This document shows, piece by piece, positions 53,401-62,400 of a stretch of DNA of 64,000 nt. The stretch's first letter is position 1. Each line of letters opens with the position of its first letter. The stretch comes from Caecitellus pseudoparvulus (lineage: Eukaryota; Protista; Bigyra: Bicosoecida). The stretch lies in NCBI GenBank assembly GCA_965644315.1, contig CBFFRQ010000032.1, positions 434,001 to 498,000 on the forward strand, written 5' to 3'. Under the pieces are notes generated by a model that saw only the letters and a list, made by a program, of their open reading frames with translations, was not told where the DNA came from and ran no database searches. The translations under genes were made by a program, and so were the position numbers.

Positions 53401-56400
53401 CTGCCAAGGGTGCCGGCACAGAGCCAATGGGCCTGCACAAGGGGCTGCCGGCTGGAGGGGTGCCATGTTGTGGCCCGGGGCGAAGACGTGGGGGTCAAGC
53501 GCGTTCGAAGCGAGTGGCAGGAGCTCCATGCCAAAGCCACGCAGCGTCCAGGACAGGCCGCCATCAGGAGAATCCACGCAGTTCGACAGCATTGACTTAT
53601 CCATAGTGGAGGCCACAGAGCTCCAGGAAGCGGCTAGCTCCTCCATATCAACATTCATGCCACTGCCTGCAGCTGACAGCATCCGCGAGGCTTGTCCCAC
53701 GAGACCACGAAGCGCTGGGGACAGAGCTCTGGCTTGCAGGATGACTGCTGAAGAGTGTGCGGTGAAGAGAGGGCCTGACATGGCTGGCTCACCCAGCAGC
53801 TGAAGTCGCAGCGTGTGGGGGTGCTTGCTGGGGTAGCCACTGATGGACGAGAATGACAGCGGCATCCAGGCTGGTGAGGGGTGGCTGTCAACCGCCAGAG
53901 CAACTGTGGAAGAGGCCCTGCTTGGTGGTTGGCTCTCCTGCATCGCTGCTGATGTCGAAGCATCTTCTGCTGAGGCAGAGATGCCTGGCACAGATTGCGG
54001 AACCAAGGTTGCATGCCAGGTGCTGCTGGCACCATCGCAAGAAGGGTCTTGCAAGCGCCTTGCCATTGCAGGGCTGCTCTCCATGAGGGATGCCACCGCT
54101 CGACTGCGGGTTGTTGCAAGGGGCGGGAGTACATGCTGAAGCGTGGAAGGCGTGTCTACCTGGTGCGCAAAGCCCTGACGCACGAGCACCGTGCTCCCGC
54201 TGCGATTCACAAGCACAGCACGATGTGCGAGGAAGACCATGTTCGCTCTGAAGAACTTGCCGGGAGCTGGGACCACACGGGCACCAATCTCTGACTCGAA
54301 GCCTAACTTCGAGGCAAGAGTTCGGGAGAACCTGTCAAATTGAGCCGGTGGGGCGGGCACGGTGGCAACGAGAGGACGGCCGTCTGGCACGGTGACAGTG
54401 AGTGCCCGCGCACCGGCCAGAAGCTGCTGACCGGGGCCCTGCCGATCTGGCCAGGGGGTGGTATGCAGCTGCAGGGCATCAGGAATTACTGGATGCAGTG
54501 AGCGCACAAGTGCTGGGAGTGCACGGGTAGCAGTCGCGACAGCGGCGGCGAACTGCACATCATGTGGCAACGGCGGCCCACCCTGGCTTTCAAGGGAGGC
54601 CCCGTGAGAGACAGTGACAACGCAATCCATGGCCTTTGAAATATCGAAGCCGCTAGAGCGCTGGCTGGACCCCATGGCCATCAGCCTCAAGGGGACCTCT
54701 GCTGTCGGTCGACTTGACACTGGTGCTGACAGCAACTCAAGCACAACTCCAGGGACTTCATGAGACGCGGGCTCGGACAATGAGTGCAAGTCTAACGGCT
54801 GCTGTGCTAACCACGTGGCTGCCTCATGGGGCTGTAGTGGGGGGTGTTGGACTGTGTCGTCATCTGAGCATGACGCTGGAGACTGGGGCAGATCTGGAGA
54901 TGACAGGGCTGCCACTTGCTTGGAAAAACGAAAAAGGGTGGCGAAATCGATGCTTGCGCCTTCAAGATTCGTCTTCTCAAGCAGTCCAAGCCATTCATGG
55001 CCATCCAGTGCGTGTTGCGGCTCCTTGCTAGCATCACACTCAGCCCCAGCGAGGGCTGATGCGTACGAGGTGGGGTCCAGGGCAGCGCGTGCAAGGCTCG
55101 CACCGTGGGACAAGTCAAGCCCGACCAGCAAGTGCGCAGCACGCCGCAGGGCTGATGTGGCGGAAGATGATGACGCCCCGTGATGAATCGTGCCGCGGAG
55201 TCCTTGGCCATCGATGCCGCGCTCATCAAGAAAGGTACTGACATCCCGGGGCTGAGCCGGCGCCCCTGTGTCCGGCGTGACAACTTGCACAAGCTCGGAC
55301 CCTTGTGATTCAGTGGAACTAGACTGAATGTCGCCTGCTTCATCACTCGCAGCGCTGCGAAAGGTTCCGAAAGCTCTCGTGCTGGCGATGTACTGCGCCA
55401 TCAACGTTGCTGCACCCACCGCGCCAGATCGCCCTACTGAGAGGCTCAAAGGCAGAGCTGCACGGTTTACGACCCAGAATGGTGCGAACAATTTCACGTG
55501 AACTGAGTCCCCCTGCATGATGCGCAAGGCGCTGAGTGCTCTCTTTGCGCTGGCCTTGTGGGCAGCGGAGGAGGCACCAGACGCAGCAAGCACCAGCCCT
55601 GCGGCTTCCCCTCCAAACTTTAGCTCCACTCCCAGGTGCAATGGGGCCGCATCAGCAGAGGACAAAGAGCTGATGTAGAATCGGTCGTGTTCGCCACCTT
55701 GTGGAGCGGCGGATAGGATTGCCTTTCCAGCAGGTGAGCTTTGAAACTCTTCTGCCACCTTGACCGCGCCAGCCTCTACCGCTTCAGCGTGCTTGAAGTA
55801 CACTGGAGGAATCTCCAGGTGGGTGCAGCTCGCTGCTCCACCTTGAACCCGATGGGCTTGTCCTGGCTTGACCAAGCTCCAAGGAAGGCCGTTCACGGAA
55901 ATGGAGCCCAACAGGCGCACACTGAGAGCGACATCACCCAGCGCGAGCACCGAACCAAGGCTGGCATCCAAGTCTGACAAGTAGCACGGCTCCAAAGCCT
56001 GAGCAGCGCCACTTTCCACCTGCAGTGGCGTGCGTGTGTCTGCTGCGGAGTGCCACACTGAAAGGCTGCCCCCTTGTGGAAGATCCCAGAGGTGACTTCG
56101 CAAAGCAGCGTGAATCCTGGCACTCGCAAGCTCGCTGCCATACCCGACGCCAGCCATGTCTGGCACAGAGCCGGACATCTCCTCCGGCACCCCTTTACAG
56201 GGTGCAAAGAGTATATCTTGGACATCTCCTGAGAACAGGCACTCGTTTGCAAGCTCAGGTGTGGGCTGGCCCAGGTCGAGGGCCGCTCCCCAGGGTGGCT
56301 CTTCGCGAAGGTCCACAGACCTGGACGCCGCCGACCCAGCCACCGCCATCCCTCTAACAACTTGTGTTGTGCCACGCTGAGCTAATGCATCGGCAAGGAC

Positions 56401-59400
56401 CGCAGCGGGGTGGTTGCGAGGGTCATCTGACACACGCAGAGCTGCTTCTTGCTGCAGCACTGCCACTCGAACTGGAAGAGGCACGTTGCTCTCAACTCGC
56501 ACACACGGCAAAAGGGAAATGTGAGTCGTGTACACGTCACGCTCGCTACTACTGCAAGCTGAAGTTCTTGAGCTTCCCGCCTCAGACGCGCCGTGCCCGT
56601 GCTGCTGGGCGGACGGGTGCCAGCTGCTGCCTGGCACTGGCCATTCTCGCCGCATGAACGCTGAGCAATGGAATGTCGGCCGCTGAAAGTACTCAGTCTC
56701 TGCGACAGCTGGACTTTCTGCACCCCTCCCGGTAGAGCTAGTATTGCTCTTGAAAACCGCCCCGGGACAGGCGATCCGAAGTGTCCTACCTGTGTTCTTG
56801 AACGGGTCTTTGCGCGAGAGGCACGCCGAGAGGTCCCTTGCAGCTGCTGCTCGGCAAGCGATGACTTGCTGGCGCCGGGACTTCTCTGTCCCCCCACAGC
56901 TACAGGACTTTGGCTGCCCAGCTTCGGTGCTGCCTACATCCCCCTCCATGGTCGCATTGCGCTGCATGCCCACTGCAAAGGAAACGTACTCTTCCACGGC
57001 CTCCCAAGACACGCCCGAAGCGACAGCTTGAGCTCTGACCAAGTCAATGGGCGCAGAAAGAGTAAAAGGGGTCAACAACGGAAGGGGGGCGTCACAAGGG
57101 ATGCTGTGAAGCGGTATAGCCGAGCTGTCATCTTCCTCAGTGGCTTGCATGCCACTCTCAGAGGCGAAGCTGCTTGCTCGTGAGACGGATCCGTACCGTT
57201 CTCGTCGAAGATCTCCGAGTTGAGCCTGCAACCATGCAGGGCAAGAGTCAAAGGAGAAGGGTGCAAAACGCACTTGGCCGTCAGCTGCTGCAGCCAGTGG
57301 GGCAAACATTGACTGACCTGGAGTCAGCACACTGCGCTCGATGATGCGCCCGCGGATGTGATGCAGCGTCTGAGAGCCAGAGCCTGAAGATGCGCCTCCC
57401 TCCACAGTGTGCAGCGTGCCGCGCGTTTCAAATTGCAGCAGCATGGGCACCGCAGTCATGTTCTCAAAGTGCACTGTGGAGCGCACGTGGAGGGTCTTCA
57501 CACCTTCTAGAAAGGAGACATTGGCCACCACACCTTGCCCAGGCAAGATGGCATGATCGATTCCCTGGGGACCTCCTGCTGCCGACTCAGCATGAGGCGC
57601 TTGACCTGCGATGTCCTCGTCAAACTTTCGCTCCGCTACGCTGCGTGACCCATCCCGACTCAAACCACCGCCAGCTCCTGAAAGAGGCCTGGCGCGCTGG
57701 GACACGACAGGGTACGCAAAAGGGTTCCGCAAAGGCAAGTAGTGCACGCCCACAATATCAACCGGCAGGTGCAGCTTAGTCAAATCCAAAGCTTCATCCA
57801 AGATGTCAAGCCACAGGTGGGGCCGCACCGCGTCCGTCATCGCCATGCCAGTTTGACCGTGTGAAGACGCTGCCGAACGCACAAGTGTGCGCCGAGACGA
57901 ATGGGGAGCAACTTGGAATCCACTTTCTTCATCCCCTGCAAACTTGTCGTCATGAGGTGGTGGCAGGGCTGGAAGGCTGGGGGGTGCAGCTTCGTGGGGG
58001 GGTCCTGGCGAAGCATCGCCCGCAGCCGCCCCCCCTGCATCAACAATCCGGCCCCAAAGTTTGCGGGGTGTTGACGCAGTGGAAGGTGTGGGCCGGCGAG
58101 AGGGCTGCGTCAGTGCTGGACTCGCGTGCCCTTCCTCCACTCCTCCAAGCTGCCAAGAGTGTTGGGCTTGTGGGCCTCGAGCCAGGCTGCCAATCACGCC
58201 CAGAACAATGCCTCTCAAGCTGCTTCGATGCTCTTCATGAGGACGAAGAATGAGCTTCGATACCACTTGTGATGCGGCAGCATGTCCAATGGCCAGCATG
58301 CCTTGCCTCATGACCAGTCCCGACACCACAGCAGAGCGAAGTGTCTGGTGCGACATCGCTCCCGACAAGGCGACGCTGGGCGCAGTCCACTTGGAGCTGA
58401 ACTGTGCTGCGATGGCGGCCGCGTGAGAGGCAGAGCCTAGTGTGGCGATGCTCTGCACCTTCCTGAACGCCGGTGCGATTGCATGAGCGTGAGCACCTGA
58501 AGCAACTTTATGAAGCAAAGTGAACGGTAGAAGAGCTCGCCACCACAGAGCGAACTCGGAGAAAGAAGCAAATGATAAGCTTAACTCCGTACTCTGTGTG
58601 ATGGAGGTGGCAAGACCCAAAGCTTGCTCGTCACTGCAGTCTGGGCCACACCCCATCAAGCCTCGATGCTGCAGCAAGAACTCCTGAGCGCGCAGCATGT
58701 CTGCCACTGACCGCAACTTGGTACGCCGCACCTCCAGTGAAAAGGGACCAGGGCTGCGCAGCAGAGGGTCCATGCAATCTGCTGTGACAAAGACCTCCTC
58801 GCGGTCCAGGCTAAGAATGCGCGGAGCCAGCTTCCTCGCCCAGAACGGGACGTCGCCGCGTGGGAGCTGGGCTGGCTTGGGCTGGGGCCTGGGCTGCTTT
58901 GTACCGAACACGACAAATTTGCTACCAAAGAGCGCAGCATGCTGCTTACGCCACTTGTCTTTGCGCCAGCTGTACTTGAACAGCGCCCCTGCAATGGAGA
59001 CCCCCCTCCACTCGTCGCCATACAAAGTGCGCGGCAGGTGAGGGACAGCCGGTGGCAGGGCAGCACTGAGTACATCCCCACGCACACTGTTTGCGTGCAA
59101 GTGCGCTCCATTCCACGAAGGTACCCCCATGACTTCCAATGCGGCGCCCTCTGAGCTCACGATCCCCAGCACTGCGGCCTCATCCACATCGGGAGCCGGG
59201 GCACTGGCCCGGTGTACACTTCCAGCGGCAAAGGCAGGAAAGGGGGCACACCGAGGGAGAGTGTAGTCAACTTGCTGCCCGAATCCTGCCTTCCAGCCAA
59301 GCTGGCTCAAACTGCGCCCATCCGAATGCTCCGCAGATGGTACGTGCCCAGCGTCACCAACGCGCTCCAGCGCCGAAGCGACATCCCGTCGCTCTGCCAG

Positions 59401-62400
59401 CGCGACCTCATGCGCCTCTCGCACCTGGTATCCTATACCTGAGGCTGTGAAGTCCCACACTGCACCGAGAGTCGACGCGCGCCTGGATGCAGCAGGAGTG
59501 TCAGAACTGCTGGTGGAAGAAGCCCTTGACGGAGCTTCGCTGACATGTGAGTTCAGGCTTGACGCCCCTTTGAAACGCCTGAGGAGGTCATCATGGCCTG
59601 CTGCAGACGGCCGGGCAGACATGTCCTGTGTAGGCACCTGTGCCTTTGAGCTGGCCCCGAAAGCGGCCGTGACCTGGACGGCCCTTCGCAGACGCCGCAG
59701 AGCACCGTGGGCCTTTTCGGAGGAAGACCCAGGCCGCCCTCGCAGCCCTGGAAGCAGCAAGCTCACAAAGTCATCACTATTCGCCATGATGGCTCGCGCA
59801 GTGCTGGGGTGCAGGTGTGCCGTCGCTGCCTGCAAGGCACCCTGCACAGCGGGGTCACGAGCGACCCTTGGCACCACCTGGGCGACAGCAGCTCCCCCCA
59901 AGTCCCTCACTTGCCCAGCCAGAAAGCTGCTTCCGCGGTGCAAAAGGCCACCATCTTCAGAGACATGTGTGTACATGACCGACACTTCGGTATCGTTTCG
60001 CACGTACAAGTAGCCGCCTGCTTGCTGAAGGGAGAGGGGCAGCTTTGCAGGTGGAATCCTATCCCAAGGAATTGCGGTGGCAGATGAGCTCATGGCTATG
60101 GTACGTTGGCGCGGCGGGGCCGAAGCGAGGTGTGGGAGCGGCTTTGGTGTCTGTGAGTCTGCCGGCACCCAGGCGATGGGCGCACCACTCGCATCAAGCA
60201 GAACTTGGGGGACTTGCCCTTCCTTGCGGTCCAGCGCGCCCAGAGACTCGAACACATTGTTGATGAGCGCTGTCGAAATGTTAATGTTAAGTGGCTTGGC
60301 TGCATAGACACGAACGTGGCTATCGGCTGGGATGTCCTTCGGGAGCACGCCAGAGTAACTGGTCAGCCACCAGCCATCCCCTGGGGCAGCTCCAGTGCCC
60401 CATGGTGCAGAAGAGCCCTTCAGTTTGGGGCCCATGGAAGCCTTCCGCTGAAGGTGTTGCTGCCGCAGCGCTTCCATCCGCTTGCGCTCCTCGTCGGCAG
60501 GAGTAGTAAAGCGGCCAGGCATGCAAGCGGCACCAGATTCCCGTGTGATGGAAGATCCCCCTGATGTTGCCGTGGCCCCATACGCTTCGTCGTCACTGTC
60601 AGCGTCTGCACCGAGCAATGTTTCGTCCTCCACAGTGGTCGGGTCGAGGAGGGTTTCCAGGTCTCGCATCCACTGCGCTTGGTGACTCCCGGACAAGGCC
60701 CGCAGCGAACCCTGGTCAACAGGCTCGCGGGGCGGCTGAGACGCGAGCGCCCGCTTCGATGGTGTGTCCAAAATAGCATCTTCCAGCGCAAACAGCGCGC
60801 TGCCACAGACAAGGCGCAAGGGTGGGCGCTGCCGACTCCGCCCAGGCCATGCAGGTGCGAGAGGCAGCTGCGCTGACTTGAGGACCCGTTCGTCTGCCTT
60901 CGCGCCCAACATGACGGTGTTTGCCGTGATGCCCGCGTGTGGGTGGCCTCGTGCAAGGCGAGCTGCCGCTGCAGTGGCTGCTCGCTGGCTCACAGCAGGG
61001 GTGAGGGTCAGAGGCTGGGGTGCAGCATACTCAATGTGCAGCTTCCAAGGCTCCAGCAACGGCTCCCAAACTGCTGACTCGGGATTGTAAAAGTCCGCTG
61101 TGACCTTCAATCCAGCTTCCGCCAGCATGCGCTGCCTAAAATGGAAGCCTAGTGCTGATGCACGCAGCTTGCTGACCTCCAGTTGTAATAGAGGCATGTC
61201 TCGGCCGGCGAGGTCGTTCACCACAGTCACGCTAACGCTCGGAAGCAGGACAGCTGCCACCAGCGACAGCTGCTGTGAATCTGACACTGCGCTATCTATG
61301 TCTTTGCCCGCAGCAGTGGTCTGTGCCGTGTCATTTGCATACTTCCACGACGCTCCTGCAGTCCCGTCGACCTCCCGGCCGATGTGAGCCGTGTGCCAAC
61401 CAGTGATTCCCCAGGAAAGCCGGTGAGGAGGGGCCTGGACGTTCGTGCCGGACAGGGTTCCAGGTGTGCCGCTGACATTCTGCTCCAGGCAAAGCCACTG
61501 CGCAAGCACATCTGATGAGAGAGTACGCAGAGTGAGGACAGCCCGAGTGGAAGGGTGCCTGTACTTGCGCCTCAAGACATGCAGCCGACGGTGGGTAGCA
61601 ATGGAGCCTGGAACAAGGGCAGCATCAGGTTTCTCGCCTTGCACCTGCACCGCCAGCTCGCGTCCGAACATGCTCTCCTGGTCAACAAACAAATACACGC
61701 TCCCGCCCGTCGCACGGCGCTGCAGAGCAGCTTCCTCTGCCGAATGTGGGCGTCCGCCTGCCGCAAGGGTGTCTGGGCGGGGATGCCCACGGTATGCACC
61801 GGGGACGCACATGTGAATGGGGCTGTACGCTTCTTTCCTCGGTTCGTCGGTCCTCGCTTCTTGGACTGGCCCAAACCTTGCCTCACGCCCAAGCACAAGG
61901 ATATCGTCAGCAGGGTCGCCGCTCAAGCCCATGCTGGCAATGGCGGCATTTACGAGGTTCAGATCCTGGAATCCTAGACGCAATCGCAGGGCATGCAGTG
62001 AGCTCACGCGGACCTCAGTGCGGGACGCAAGTGATGCACCCCCAGACAGTGCGTGAGCGTACTGTGCTTTGTACAGGGCTGAGAGTGAGAATGGCTTCAT
62101 GTAGTCTGAGGTATCCACCGCCCCGATGGACAAGTGGGCTGGGCGCCCAGTCTCTGACATGTACCAAGCCAGTACACCTTCTCCGGACACGCCAGCTGAC
62201 ACGAGCTTGGGCCCGAATGCGCCAGAGCTGGGCCCGACTCGGATGGAAGCAGTTGGGCTGTGGCTGGGCGAGGTTTGCTTGCTGGTCAGCCCTGGGACAG
62301 CTCTGTGAATCTTGCGCAAGGCGCGGGCATACAAGTGCTGGGCAGCCGGTGACGTCATGCTTGCACGCATGCCTCGCAGGCCCGACAGCTCTGCCACCAA